Source of the DNA: Eledone cirrhosa
Taxonomy: Eukaryota
DNA length: 64,000 nucleotides
Assembly (NCBI GenBank): GCA_964016885.1
Contig: OZ024746.1
Coordinates: 30,814,001-30,878,000, forward strand
Direction: 5' to 3'
How positions within the stretch are numbered: position 1 is the first letter of the stretch; every line of letters begins with the position of its first letter. Shown here piece by piece: positions 13,160 through 27,723 of the stretch. The position numbers were made by a program, and so were the translations under genes. The notes under the pieces were generated by a model. It had not been told where the DNA came from and did not search any database. It saw nothing but the letters and a program-made list of their open reading frames with translations.

Positions 13160-13452
13160 GTGATTAGGGAATTCGGCTCACAATCGTACGATCGTGAGTT
13201 CGATTCCCAGTGGCACGCTGAGTCCTTCAGCAAGAAACTTTATTTCATGTTGCTCCAGTCCAATCAGCTGGCAAAGATGAATTGTACCTGTAATTCAAAG
13301 GGCTAGCCATGTCATCCGAATCTCCCTGAGAACTACATTAAGGTTATGCATGTATGTGGAATGCTCAGCCACTTGCACGTTAATTTCTTGAGCAGGCTGT
13401 TCCGTTGATCGGATCAACTGGAACACTTGTCATCATAACTGACGGAGTGCCT
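13160..13452 (+). mobile_element. tRNA-derived SINE
   Basis: B-box GAGTTCGATTCCC followed by GTCCTT..GCAAG.AACTTTATTTCA.GTTG; homologous head at 61738-61850. Confidence 0.7.
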
Positions 13453-13893
13453 TCTACCTTGCTAAGCATGGGTTAAACAGATTGAGTCACTACTTAATCA
13501 GAGCTATTGACCTCTCAAGCTGGTCTGTGGTCGCATCTCGCATACATTTCTGCTCTCTACTGAGTGCACCTAGTGCATTTTATTATCATGACACCAACAC
13601 TAGTGAGGTTGTCATGTCACTTCTTCACCAAACAGTCAACATGCGTTTTTTTTTTGTCTACAAAACATTTGCAGGTCTGTGATGGAATAAATTCCATAAT
13701 GAAGTCAAATAATTGAAATCAATTGTAAAGACCTGTTGTTGTTGTTGTTTGACCTCAGGTCAGCCTTTATTTGATACAACTATGATCAAAGATGTGACCA
13801 TCTTGTCTTATATTCAAACAGTGACTATATTATACAACATGTCTTTACATTTTTAAGGAAGGTAGTTCTAGGTGGCTGAATGATGATGTAGAG

Positions 13894-14270
13894 CAGAGGT
13901 TCTCAAACTTTTGGGGTCACCGCCCGCCTCATGGCCATGTAATACCCTCTGCACCCTCTCCCCTATTTCCAGAGGGACCTTCCTATATGCAAATTGTAAA
14001 TAATATATAATAAATAAAATCATTAATTTATATATAATAAATAATATAATATATACTATGTATAAATGAATATTTATTATTACTATATATATACCTCACC
14101 TGGGGCACTAACGTTCCAAGAGCGTTGCCCCAGCATGGCCTCAGCCAGATGGCTGGAACAGGTAAAAGAGTAATGAATCATTTGATATTTAATATACTAT
14201 TATATCATCTCTACCGCCCCCTTAGGCCCCAACATCCTCCAGAGGGTAGCACCTACTTTGAGAACCTCTG
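13894..14270. mobile_element. hAT (Charlie/Buster-type) MITE, 377 bp
   Basis: TIR CAGAGGTTCTCAAA / TTTGAGAACCTCTG; perfect 8-bp TSD ATGTAGAG (13886-13893, 14271-14278). Confidence 0.9.
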
Positions 14271-16185
14271 ATGTAGAGGCTGTCACACTGGCTCCCCTAG
14301 TTATGCTGTTATTTAACCCTAGGTCAGTCCCAATCTAGCAGAGCTATGATTATTAAGCTTCAACAATATCACACTGAAGAGAAGACAAAATCTATGTTTG
14401 ATTATAGACAAAATAAAAATTTACTGATAAAAAATAAATAAGGAAAATATTTTTAATTAAACACTATTAATCAATTCATGAGACAAAAGAGGAATGCATC
14501 TGATATTGTCTCCTAGCAACGTCTAGCCAATGAGAAATAAGAGATTCCACATATGGTAATCATCGTCATCATCATCATTTAACGTCCATTTTCCATGCTA
14601 GCATGGGTTAGACGGGTCGTCCCATTTGAGGTAAGTTGGATCAAGTGGCCATGACTTATTCATATAGGACTGTTTCTGGCTAAGTTTCTACATTTTTCTC
14701 AGTGTATCTAGGACTAACACATCCAATGTACCTTTCATTTGTTAAAGATGGTATAGTGTGATTTGAGGGAGATTTGGCTGCTATTTTTGCAAGTCAAATG
14801 ACCACGTAGAACTACTATAATATACATTAGATTAGGTTTTCACAAACCAATTATATCACAAGCTTCACTTTTTAAAGAATTTTTTTTTTTGCTGAGCATT
14901 CCAGAGACACCTGTACACATGTAATTCTCAGGGAGATTCAGCATAACAAAGGTAACACTTTGAATTACAAATACAGTCCACCTTGTAGTATAGTATAAGT
15001 GACTCAGCATCACATACACATGGTGCTAAATACCCGGCTACACGTTGTAAAACTAGATTAGAGTGCTAAATATTCTCAGGGAGATTCAGTGTGACAGGTT
15101 GGTCCTTTGAATTACAAGTACAGTTCACCTTGTATAACTTTTTTTTTCCAGCTGGGTTGACTGAAGTAATGTTAAATAAAGTGTCTTGGGAAATAATGTG
15201 GCACTGGGAATCAAATTCACAACCTTACAAACTTGAATGGAACAGTAGAACTACTTGACCACATAGCTCATGTAATTTAGATTTGAACTAAAGTTCAACA
15301 TTTGTTGTTGAACCACAAATCAATCCTGATGGAGCTACTATTGAAGATATTCCAGCCATGACGACCACCACCTGTCTTTGTACAAGGAACACAATGTCAT
15401 ATGATCCAATATGTCCTTTTATTATATAAGACAATAGCAGTCAAATTTGAGGGAGATTTGGTTGTTATTTCTAGAGGCTCCACTGTAAACAAATTATAAT
15501 GTTTATAGCAGAATACAGAACTGCTGGTTATCCCCAGGGCTGGCGCTAACATTAACGCCAACTTAGCAGCCACCTAGGGTACTGAGCTCAGGGGAGTATG
15601 GACTGTGTTGTGAAAATGCAGGCTTAGTAAATTTCTGAGTGTGGTCAGGGAAAAAAAAGGTTACAAGATTAGGTTTGTCAGCTTACCAAACCCTAAGTTG
15701 CAATTATTTTTGGGAATAGGGGTGGGCATAACTGAAAGAATGGGGTGTACATTGTAGAGGTAGTAAAGGGTACTAAATATCTGGGTACACATAGTAGAGC
15801 AAGCCAACGTTGGTAAATACCCAGGTACACGTAGAGCTAGCCTATGGTGCTAAATACCCGACTACACGTAAAACTAGGTTAGGGTACACACTGTAGAGCT
15901 TGCCTGGCACTCGAAATACCCGAGACGGTTCTTGTATTGTATATCTTCTCAATGAACATGTCCACACTATGTCAGACATATTATCTAAGCTATTCCATCT
16001 GTGACCATCACACCTTTTATATTTAGATAAAAATATATCTAGCATGACGTTAGCCTATATGTACGAGGTTAGTGTGTGTTTTGACTGTTATTTCTTGCAT
16101 ATCTAATATCCACGTAGAGACACCTATAATGGCAAGTCTTATATTAAGTTTGTTATTAAATAAATTAAAAATGAAATAATTAAAC

Positions 16186-16267
16186 CGACGAAGATGAGAT
16201 TCGAACTCAAGCGGTAAACTCCCAATGGATTAGCAGTCCATCGCCTTAACCACTCGGCTACCTCGTC
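16186..16267 (-). tRNA. tRNA-Ser(GCT) divergent copy, possible pseudogene
   Basis: Anticodon arm ATGGA-CTGCTAA-TCCAT intact; G9>A; variable arm GGGAGTTTACC with one mismatch; T-stem TTGAG/CTCAT mismatch. Confidence 0.7.
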
Positions 16268-16796
16268 ACTTAATAATTCGGCAAACATATCAACAATTTA
16301 CTGTTTAATTTATGACAGTAGGATTAGAAGAAATGTTCTACACAGCCGAGAGTTACGTGAGAGAATCTCTCAATACATCTAAACCTCTCCCAACTGATCT
16401 ACCGTATATCTCACACAACACAACTAAGAACCTCACAATTTACCTGAAACCCTCTCGATATATCTAAAACTTTCCCCTCACAGCTAAAACTTATCCTGGC
16501 ACACATTCTAGAGTTATACTGAGGTGCTAAATACCTAAGTGCACATGGTAGGGCTAACTTATGACTGTAAATACCCAGGTACACATTATAGACCTATCCT
16601 ATATCACTAAATGCCCCAGGCAGTAAATACAGAGGTGCACATTGTAGGGCTAGAATCTCCCAACACATCTAAAACTTTCTCCTCACAGCTAAAAAAAAAA
16701 AAAAAAAAAAAAAAGAATTCCCAACAAACAGAAATCTACGAAATTATCAAGAAATAAAACAATTCTGCGCCGTACAATTAATAAAATTCGAAAAAT

Positions 16797-16878
16797 TGAC
16801 GAGGATGAGATTCGAACTCACGCGGGGAGACCCCAATGGATTAGCAGTCCATCGCCTTAACCACTCGGCCACCTCGTC
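16797..16878 (-). tRNA. tRNA-Ser(GCT), discriminator A73 variant
   Basis: Identical to the array consensus except it ends CCTCGTCA instead of CCTCGTCG; followed by ATTTTT. Confidence 0.9.
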
Positions 16879-17905
16879 ACTTACGGTCAGCACTTACATA
16901 TTAACAATTTACTGTTAGTGACTGTATAATTAGAAGACATTGTATGGTTTTGTTTCTTTTTGTTTTATAGTTTAGTTAGAGACTGAAGTGTAGGATTATG
17001 TCCATGTTCAGGGCCCGCAAGACTGGAGTGTGGAGAAGGGGTTAGTTCCTCCCAGACAGGTGTGGGGGATGAAGGTCAGTACCCTGTCCGGTATCGATCC
17101 TAACATTTCTCAGCACATATATGGTCACTCCGAAAGACAGAAACACCACACAGTTATATAAATATATTATATAGCTGAGAGTTACGTGAGAGAATCTCTC
17201 AATACAGCTAAACCTCTCCCAACTCATCTATAGATACGGTGGGGGAGATTTAGATACGGTGGGGGGAGATTTAGATACGGTGGGGGGAGATTTAGATACG
17301 GTAGGGGAGATTTAGATACGGTAGGGGAGACTAAGCTGTGGTGGGCGAGTTTTAGTTCAGTTGGTGGAAATTTAGATGTGTCCGGGAGATTAAAGGTGTT
17401 AAGAGATATTTAGGTGTGTTGGGACAAATGTTGATGTGTTAAGAGAGGTTTAGATGTGTTGGGAGATTCTAGCTCTACAATGCGCACCCCTGTATTTACC
17501 ACCTGGGGTATTTAGTGACATAGGATAGGTCTATAATGTGTACCTGGGTATTTAGTAACATAGGATAGGTCTATAATGTGTACCTTGGTATTTACTGTCG
17601 TAAGTTAGCCCTACACTGTGGACCTGGGTACTTAGCACCTGGGTATTTAGGATCGAAACAGATCAGGTCACTGACCTTCACCCCTCACACCAATCTGCGA
17701 GGAACTACCCGCTTCCACACACACCAGTCTTGGAGAAACTACCTCCTTCCCCACACACCAGTCTTGCAGGCCCTGAACATGAACATAATCCCACACTTTA
17801 GTGTCTAACTAAACTATAAAACAAAAAGAGACAAAACCATACAATTTCTTCTAATTATACAGTCACAAACAGTAAATTGTTATAATTTAAATGCTGTCGT
17901 TAAGT

Positions 17906-17987
17906 GACGAGGTGGCCGAGTGGTTAAGGCGATGGACTGCTAATCCATTGGGGTCTCCCCGCGTCAGTTCGAATCTCATCCTCGTCG
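17906..17987 (+). tRNA. tRNA-Ser(GCT), T-stem mismatch variant
   Basis: GACGAGGTGGCCGAGTGGTTAAGGCGATGGACTGCTAATCCATTGGGGTCTCCCCGCGTCAGTTCGAATCTCATCCTCGTCG; GTCAG instead of GTGAG. Confidence 0.88.
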
Positions 17988-20024
17988 ATTTTCTGATTTT
18001 ATTAATTAATTGTACGTCGGAGAAATGTTTCATTTCTTGATAATTTCGTAGATTTCTGTTGGTTGGGAGTTTTTTTTTTTATCTGTGAGGAGAAAGTTTT
18101 AGATGTGTTGGGAGAGATTTAGATCTGTTGGGGTAGATTTAGATACGGTAGGAGAGATTTAGCTGTGGTGGCCGAGTTTTAGTTCAGTTGGGGAGATTAA
18201 AGTTGTTAAGGAATATTTAACTTTTTTGAGACAAATGTTGATGTGTTAAGAGTGGTTTAGATGTGTTGGGAGATTCTAGCTCTACAATGTGCACCTCTCT
18301 ATTTACCACCTGGGGCATTTAGTGACATAGGATAGGTCTATAATGTGTACCTGGGTATTTAGTAACATAGGATAGGTCTATAATGTGTACCTGGGTATTT
18401 AATGATTGTAAGATTATAAGAAATTGTGTAGTTTTGTGTCTTTTTGTTTTACAGTTTAGTTAGAGACGAAAATGTAGAGTTATGTTCAGGGCCTCCAAGA
18501 CTGGAGTGGTGAAGGTGGTAGTTTCTCCAAGACTGGTGTGAGGGGTGAAGGTCAGTGCCCTGACCGGTTTCGTTCCTAGCATTTCTCAGAACATAGATGG
18601 TCACTCCGAAAGATAGGAACATCACACAGTTATATAAATATATTATATAGCTGAGAGTTACGTGGGAGAATCTCTCAATACAGCTAAACCTCTCCCAACT
18701 CATCTATATCTCACACAACACACCTTAAACCCTCTCGTTATATCTAAAAGGTTTTAGATGTGTTGAGAGAGATTTAGATCTGTTGGGAGAAATTTAGATA
18801 CGGGTGGGGGAGATTTAGCTGTGGTGGGCGAGTTTTAGTTCAGTTGGGGAGATTAAAGGTGTTAAGAGAATTTTAGCTGTGTTGGGACAAATGTTGATAT
18901 CTTAAGAGTGGTTTAGATGTTTTGGGAGCTTCTAGCTAAATGTGCACCTCTGTATTTACCACCTGGGTATTTAGTGACATAGGATAGGTCTATAATGTAT
19001 ACCTGGGTATTTAATGTCATAGGTTAGCCCTAACCTTCTGCTTCTGTGTGCTAGGATAAGTTTTAGCTGTGAGGGTAAAGTTTTAGATATATCGAGAGGG
19101 TTTAAGGTGTGTTGTGTGAGATATAGATGAGTTGGGAGAGGTTTAGCTGTATTGAGAGATTCTCTCACGTAACTCTCAACTATATAATATATTTATATAA
19201 TCTTGTGATATTTTTGTCTTTCGGAGTGACCATATATGTGCTGAGAAATGCTAGGATCGAACCGGTCAGGACACTGACCTTCATCCCTCAAACACACACA
19301 CCAGTCTCGGAAAACTAACGCCATTCCCTACACACCAGTCTTGGAAAATCTACCCCTTCCCCACAAACCAGTCTTGGAGGCCCTGAACATGGGCATAATC
19401 CTACACTTCAGTGTCTAACTAAACTATAACACTAAAAGAAACAAAACTACACAATTTCTTCTAATCTTACAATCACTAAATACCCAGGTACACATTATAG
19501 ACCTATCCTATGTCACTAAATACCCAGGTACACATTATAGACCTATCCTATGTCACAAAATACCCAGGCAGTAAACACAGAAGCGCACACGGTAAAGCTA
19601 ACCTATGTCACTAAATACCCAGGTACACATTATAGACCTATCCTATGTCACTAAATACCCAGGTACACATTATAGACCTATCCTATGTCACTAAATACCC
19701 CAGGTGGCAAATACAGGGGTGCGCATTGTAGAGCTAGAATCTCCCAACACATCTAAACCTCTCTTAACACATCAACATTTGTCCCAACACAGCTAAATAT
19801 CTCTTAACACCTTTAATCTCTCGGACACATCTAAATTTCCACCAACTGAACTAAAACTCGCCCACCACAGCTAAATCTCTCCTACCGTATCTAAATCTCT
19901 CCCAACACATCTAAAACTTTCTCCTCACAGCTACAAAAATAAACTCCCAACCAACATAATTCTACTAAATCATCAAAAAATAAAACAATTCTCCGTCGTA
20001 CAATTAATAAAACAAAATGAAAAT

Positions 20025-20106
20025 CGACGAGGATGAGATTCGAACTCACGCGGGGAGACCCCAATGGATTAGCAGTCCATCGCCTTAACCACTCGGCCAC
20101 CTCGTC
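20025..20106 (-). tRNA. tRNA-Ser(GCT)
   Basis: Consensus 82-nt cloverleaf, long variable arm GGGG-TCT-CCCC, G73, T4 terminator. Confidence 0.95.
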
Positions 20107-21165
20107 ATTTAAAGACAGCAATTACATTTTAACAATTTACTGTTTGTGACTGTATGATTAGAAGACATTGTGTGGGTTTTTTTCTTTTTGTTTTATAGTT
20201 TAGTTAGAGAGTGAAGTGTGGGATTCTGTCCATGTTCAGGGCCTCCAAGACTGGTGTGTGGGGAAGGGGGTAGTTTATCCAAGACAGGTGTGAGGGGTGA
20301 AGGTCAGTGCCCTGACCAGTTTCGATCCTAGCATTTCTCAGCACATATATGGTCACTCCGGAAGAGAGAAACATCACACAGTTATATAAATATATTATAT
20401 AGTAAACCCTCTCGATACATCTAAAACTCTCCCCTCACGGCTAAAACAAATTCTGGTACACATTCTAGAGTTAATCTCAGGTGCTAAATACCCAGGTACA
20501 CATTATAGACCTTTATAGAACTATCCTATGTCACTAAATACTCAGGTACACATTATAGACCTATCCTATGTCACTAAATACCCAAGTACACATTATAGAC
20601 CTATCCTATGTCACTAAATACCCAGGTACACATTATAGACCTATCCTATGTCACTAAATACCCAGGTACACATTATAGACCTATCCTATGTCACTAAATA
20701 CCCAGGTACACATTATAGACCTATCCTATGTCACTAAATACCCAGGTGGTAAATACAGAGGTGCACATTGTAGAGTTAGAATCTCCCAACACATCTAAAC
20801 CACTCTTAACTCATCAACATTTGTCCCCAAACACCAAAATATCTCAGCTATAGTCTCACTAAGTCTCAGCTATATAATATATTTATATAACTGTGCGATA
20901 TTTCTGTCTTTCGGAGTGACCATATATGTGCTGAGAAATGCTAGGATCGATACCAGACAGGTTACTGACCTTCATTCCTCACACCTTTCTGGGAAGAACT
21001 ACAATCTTCGCCACACACCAGTCTTGAAGGCCCTGAACATGGACATAATCCTACACTTTAGTGTCTAACTAAACTATAAAACAAAAAGAAACAAAACCAT
21101 ACAATGTCTTCTAATTATACAGTCACAAACAGTAAATGGTTAATATGTAATTGCGGTCTTTAAGT

Positions 21166-21247
21166 GACGAGGTGGCCGAGTGGTTAAGGCGATGGACTGC
21201 TAATCCATTGGGGTCTCCCCGCGTGAGTTCGAATCTCATCCCCGTCG
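21166..21247 (+). tRNA. tRNA-Ser(GCT), acceptor-stem mismatch variant
   Basis: 3' strand CCCCGTCG instead of CCTCGTCG (A5:C68 mismatch). Confidence 0.88.
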
Positions 21248-23284
21248 ATTTCCTTATTTTATTAATTAATTGTACGGTGGAGAAATGTTTCATTTCTTGA
21301 TAATTTCGTAGTTTTCTGTTGGTTGGGAGTTTTTTTTTTTATCTGTGAGGAGAAAGTTTTAGATGTGTTGGGAGAGATTTAGATCTGTTGGGGTAGATTT
21401 AGATACGGTAGGAGAGATTTAGCTGTGGTGGCCGAGTTTTAGTTCAGTTGGGGAGATTAAAGTTGTTAAGGAATATTTAACTTTTTTGAGACAAATGTTG
21501 ATGTGTTAAGAGTGGTTTAGATGTGTTGGGAGATTCTAGCTCTACAATGTGCACCTCTCTATTTACCACCTGGCGCATTTAGTGACATAGGATAGGTCTA
21601 TAATGTGTACCTGGGTATTTAGTAACATAGGATAGGTCTATAATGTGTACCTGGGTATTTAATGATTGTAAGATTATAAGAAATTGTGTAGTTTTGTGTC
21701 TTTTTGTTTTACAGTTTAGTTAGAGACGAAAATGTAGAGTTATGTTCAGGGCCTCCAAGACTGGAGTGGGGAAGGTGGTAGTTTCTCCAAGACTGGTGTG
21801 AGGGGTGAAGGTCAGTGCCCTGACCGGTTTCGTTCCTAGCATTTCTCAGAACATAGATGGTCACTCCGAAAGATAGGAACATCACACAGTTATATAAATA
21901 TATTATATAGCTGAGAGTTACGTGGGAGAATCTCTCAATACAGCTAAACCTCTCCCAACTCATCTATATCTCACACAACACACCTTAAACCCTCTCGTTA
22001 TATCTAAAAGGTTTTAGATGTGTTGAGAGAGATTTAGATCTGTTGGGAGAAATTTAGATACGGGTGGGGGAGATTTAGCTGTGGTGGGCGAGTTTTAGTT
22101 CAGTTGGGGAGATTAAAGGTGTTAAGAGAATTTTAGCTGTATTGGGACAAATGTTGATATCTTAAGAGTGGTTTAGATGTTTTGGGAGCTTCTAGCTAAA
22201 TGTGCACCTCTGTATTTACCACCTGGGTATTTAGTGACATAGGATAGGTCTATAATGTATACCTGGGTATTTAGTGTCATAGGTTAGCCCTAACCTTCTG
22301 CTTCTGTGTGCTAGGATAAGTTTTAGCTGTGAGGGTAAAGTTTTAGATATATCGAGAGGGTTTAAGGTGTGTTGTGTGAGATATAGATGAGTTGGGAGAG
22401 GTTTAGCTGTATTGAGAGATTCTCTCACGTAACTCTCAACTATATAATATATTTATATAATCTTGTGATATTTTTGTCTTTCGGAGTGACCATATATGTG
22501 CTGAGAAATGCTAGGATCGAACCGGTCAGGACACTGACCTTCATCCCTCAAACACACACACCAGTCTCGGAAAACTAACGCCATTCCCTACACACCAGTC
22601 TTGGAAAATCTACCCCTTCCCCACAAACCAGTCTTGGAGGCCCTGAACATGGGCATAATCCTACACTTCAGTGTCTAACTAAACTATAACACTAAAAGAA
22701 ACAAAACTACACAATTTCTTATAATCTTACAATCACTAAATACCCAGGTACACATTATAGACCTATCCTATGTCACTAAATACCCAGGTACACATTATAG
22801 ACCTATCCTATGTCACTAAATACCCAGGTACACATTATAGACCTATCCTATGTCACTAAATACCCAGGCAGTAAACACAGAAGCGCACACGGTAAAGCTA
22901 ACCTATGTCACTAAATACCCAGGTACACATTATAGACCTATCCTATGTCACTAAATACCCCAGGTGGCAAATACAGGGGTGCGCATTGTAGAGCTAGAAT
23001 CTCCCAACACATCTAAACCTCTCTTAACACATCAACATTTGTCCCAACACAGCTAAATATCTCTTAACACCTTTAATCTCTCGGACACATCTAAATTTCC
23101 ACCAACTGAACTAAAACTCGCCCACCACAGCTAAATCTCTCCTACCGTATCTAAATCTCTCCCAACACATCTAAAACTTTCTCCTCACAGCTACAAAAAT
23201 AAACTCCCAACCAACATAATTCTACTAAATCATCAAAAAATAAAACAATTCTCCGTCGTACAATTAATAAAACAAAATGAAAAT

Positions 23285-23366
23285 CGACGAGGATGAGATT
23301 CGAACTCACGCGGGGAGACCCCAATGGATTAGCAGTCCATCGCCTTAACCACTCGGCCACCTCGTC
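23285..23366 (-). tRNA. tRNA-Ser(GCT)
   Basis: Consensus 82-nt sequence. Confidence 0.95.
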
Positions 23367-24385
23367 ATTTAAAGACAGCAATTACATTTTAACAATTTAC
23401 TGTTTGTGACTGTATGATTAGAAGACATTGTGTGGGTTTTTTTCTTTTTGTTTTATAGTTTAGTTAGAGAGTGAAGTGTGGGATTCTGTCCATGTTCAGG
23501 GCCTCCAAGACTGGTGTGTGGGGAAGGGGGTAGTTTATCCAAGACAGGTGTGAGGGGTGAAGGTCAGTGCCCTGACTAGTTTCGATCCTAGCATTTCTCA
23601 GCACATATATGGTCACTCCGGAAGAGAGAAACATCACACAGTTATATAAATATATTATATAGTAAACCCTCTCGATACATCTAAAACTCTCCCCTCACGG
23701 CTAAAACAAATTCTGGTACACATTCTAGAGTTAATCTCAGGTGCTAAATACCCAGGTACACATTATAGACCTTTATAGAACTATCCTATGTCACTAAATA
23801 CCCAGGTACACATTATAGACCTATCCTATGTCACTAAATACCCAGGTACACATTATAGACCTATCCTATGTCACTAAATACCCAGGTACACATTATAGAC
23901 CTATCCTATGTCACTAAATACCCAGGTACACATTATAGACCTATCCTATGTCACTAAATACCCAGGTGGTAAATACAGAGGTGCACATTGTAGAGTTAGA
24001 ATCTCCCAACACATCTAAACCACTCTTAACTCATCAACATTTGTCCCCAAACACCAAAATATCTCAGCTATAGTCTCACTAAGTCTCAGCTATATAATAT
24101 ATTTATATAACTGTGCGATATTTCTGTCTTTCGGAGTGACCATATATGTGCTGAGAAATGCTAGGATCGATACTAGACAGGGTACTGACCTTCATTCCTC
24201 ACACCTTTCTGGGAAGAACTACCCTCTTCGCCACACACCAGTCTTGAAGGCCCTGAACATGGACATAATCCTACACTTTAGTGTCTAACTAAACTATAAA
24301 ACAAAAAGAAACAAAACCATACAATGTCTTCTAATTATACAGTCACAAACAGTAAATGGTTAATATGTAATTGCTGTCTTTAAGT

Positions 24386-24467
24386 GACGAGGTGGCCGAG
24401 TGGTTAAGGCGATGGACTGCTAATCCATTGGGGTCTCCCCGCGTGAGTTCGAATCTCATCCTCGTCG
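24386..24467 (+). tRNA. tRNA-Ser(GCT)
   Basis: Consensus 82-nt sequence. Confidence 0.95.
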
Positions 24468-26504
24468 ATTTCCTTATTTTATTAATTAATTGTACGGTGG
24501 AGAAATGTTTCATTTCTTGATAATTTCGTAGATTTCTGTTGGTTGGGAGTTTTTTTTTTTATCTGTGAGGAGAAAGTTTTAGATGTGTTGGGAGAGATTT
24601 AGATCTGTTGGGGTAGATTTAGATACGGTAGGAGAGATTTAGCTGTGGTGGCCGAGTTTTAGTTCAGTTGGGGAGATTAAAGTTGTTAAGGAATATTTAA
24701 CTTTTTTGAGACAAATGTTGATGTGTTAAGAGTGGTTTAGATGTGTTGGGAGATTCTAGCTCTACAATGTGCACCTCTCTATTTACCACCTGGGGCATTT
24801 AGTGACATAGGATAGGTCTATAATGTGTACCTGGGTATTTAGTAACATAGGATAGGTCTATAATGTGTACCTGGGTATTTAATGATTGTAAGATTATAAG
24901 AAATTGTGTAGTTTTGTGTCTTTTTGTTTTACAGTTTAGTTAGAGACGAAAATGTAGAGTTATGTTCAGGGCCTCCAAGACTGGAGTGGGGAAGGTGGTA
25001 GTTTCTCCAAGACTGGTGTGAGGGGTGAAGGTCAGTGCCCTGACCGGTTTCGTTCCTAGCATTTCTCAGAACATAGATGGTCATTCCGAAAGATAGGAAC
25101 ATCACACAGTTATATAAATATATTATATAGCTGAGAGTTACGTGGGAGAATCTCTCAATACAGCTAAACCTCTCCCAACTCATCTATATCTCACACAACA
25201 CACCTTAAACCCTCTCGTTATATCTAAAAGGTTTTAGATGTGTTGAGAGAGATTTAGATCTGTTGGGAGAAATTTAGATACGGGTGGGGGAGATTTAGCT
25301 GTGGTGGGCGAGTTTTAGTTCAGTTGGGGAGATTAAAGGTGTTAAGAGAATTTTAGCTGTGTTGGGACAAATGTTGATATCTTAAGAGTGGTTTAGATGT
25401 TTTGGGAGCTTCTAGCTAAATGTGCACTTCTGTATTTACCACCTGGGTATTTAGTGACATAGGATAGGTCTATAATGTATACCTGGGTATTTAGTGTCAT
25501 AGGTTAGCCCTAACCTTCTGCTTCTGTGTGCTAGGATAAGTTTTAGCTGTGAGGGTAAAGTTTTAGATATATCGAGAGGGTTTAAGGTGTGTTGTGTGAG
25601 ATATAGATGAGTTGGGAGAGGTTTAGCTGTATTGAGAGATTCTCTCACGTAACTCTCAACTATATAATATATCTATATAATCTTGTGATATTTTTGTCTT
25701 TCGGAGTGACCATATATGTGCTGAGAAATGCTAGGATCGAACCGGTCAGGACACTGACCTTCATCCCTCAAACACACACACCAGTCTCGGAAAACTAACG
25801 CCATTCCCTACACACCAGTCTTGGAAAATCTACCCCTTCCCCACAAACCAGTCTTGGAGGCCCTGAACATGGGCATAATCCTACACTTCAGTGTCTAACT
25901 AAACTATAACACTAAAAGAAACAAAACTACACAATTTCTTCTAATCTTACAATCACTAAATACCCAGGTACACATTATAGACCTATCCTATGTCACTAAA
26001 TACCCAGGTACACATTATAGACCTATCCTATGTCACTAAATACCCAGGCAGTAAACACAGAAGCGCACACGGTAAAGCTAACCTATGTCACTAAATACCC
26101 AGGTACACATTATAGACCTATCCTATGTCACTAAATACCCAGGTACACATTATAGACCTATCCTATGTCACTAAATACCCCAGGTGGCAAATACAGGGGT
26201 GCGCATTGTAGAGCTAGAATCTCCCAACACATCTAAACCTCTCTTAACACATCAACATTTGTCCCAACACAGCTAAATATCTCTTAACACCTTTAATCTC
26301 TCGGACACATCTAAATTTCCACCAACTGAACTAAAACTCGCCCACCACAGCTAAATCTCTCCTACCGTATCTAAATCTCTCCCAACACATCTAAAACTTT
26401 CTCCTCACAGCTACAAAAATAAACTCCCAACCAACATAATTCTACTAAATCATCAAAAAATAAAACAATTCTCCGTCGTACAATTAATAAAACAAAATGA
26501 AAAT

Positions 26505-26586
26505 CGACGAGGATGAGATTCGAACTCACGCGGGGAGACCCCAATGGATTAGCAGTCCATCGCCTTAACCACTCGGCCACCTCGTC
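26505..26586 (-). tRNA. tRNA-Ser(GCT)
   Basis: Consensus 82-nt sequence. Confidence 0.95.
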
Positions 26587-27641
26587 ATTTAAAGACAGCA
26601 ATTACATTTTAACAATTTACTGTTTGTGACTGTATGATTAGAAGACATTGTGTGGGTTTTTTTCTTTTTGTTTTATAGTTTAGTTAGAGAGTGAAGTGTG
26701 GGATTCTGTCCATGTTCAGGGCCTCCAAGACTGGTGTGTGGGGAAGGGGGTAGTTTATCCAAGACAGGTGTGAGGGGTGAAGGTCAGTGCCCTGACTAGT
26801 TTCGATCCTAGCATTTCTCAGCACATATATGGTCACTCCGGAAGAGAGAAACATCACACAGTTATATAAATATATTATATAGTAAACCCTCTCGATACAT
26901 CTAAAACTCTCCCCTCACGGCTAAAACAAATTCTGGTACACATTCTAGAGTTAATCTCAGGTGCTAAATACCCAGGTACACATTATAGACCTTTATAGAA
27001 CTATCCTATGTCACTAAATACTCAGGTACACATTATAGACCTATCCTATGTCACTAAATACCCAAGTACACATTATAGACCTATCCTATGTCACTAAATA
27101 CCCAGGTACACATTATAGACCTATCCTATGTCACTAAATACCCAGGTACACATTATAGACCTATCCTATGTCACTAAATACCCAGGTACACATTATAGAC
27201 CTATCCTATGTCACTAAATACCCAGGTGGTAAATACAGAGGTGCACATTGTAGAGTTAGAATCTCCCAACACATCTAAACCACTCTTAACTCATCAACAT
27301 TTGTCCCCAAACACCAAAATATCTCAGCTATAGTCTCACTAAGTCTCAGCTATATAATATATTTATATAACTGATATTTCTGTCTTTCGGAGTGACCATA
27401 TATGTGCTGAGAAATGCTAGAATCGATACCAGACAGGGTACTGACCTTCATTCTTCACACCTTTCTGGGAAGAACTACCCCCTTCGCCACACACCAGTCT
27501 TGAAGGCCCTGAACATGGACATAATCCTACACTTTAGTGTCTAACTAAACTATAAAACAAAAAGAAACAAAACCATACAATGTCTTCTAATTATACAGTC
27601 ACAAACAGTAAATGGTTAATATGTAATCGCTGTCTTTAAGT

Positions 27642-27723
27642 GACGAGGTGGCCGAGTGGTTAAGGCGATGGACTGCTAATCCATTGGGGTCTCCCCGCGT
27701 GAGTTCGAATCTCATCCTCGTCG
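27642..27723 (+). tRNA. tRNA-Ser(GCT)
   Basis: Consensus 82-nt sequence. Confidence 0.95.
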
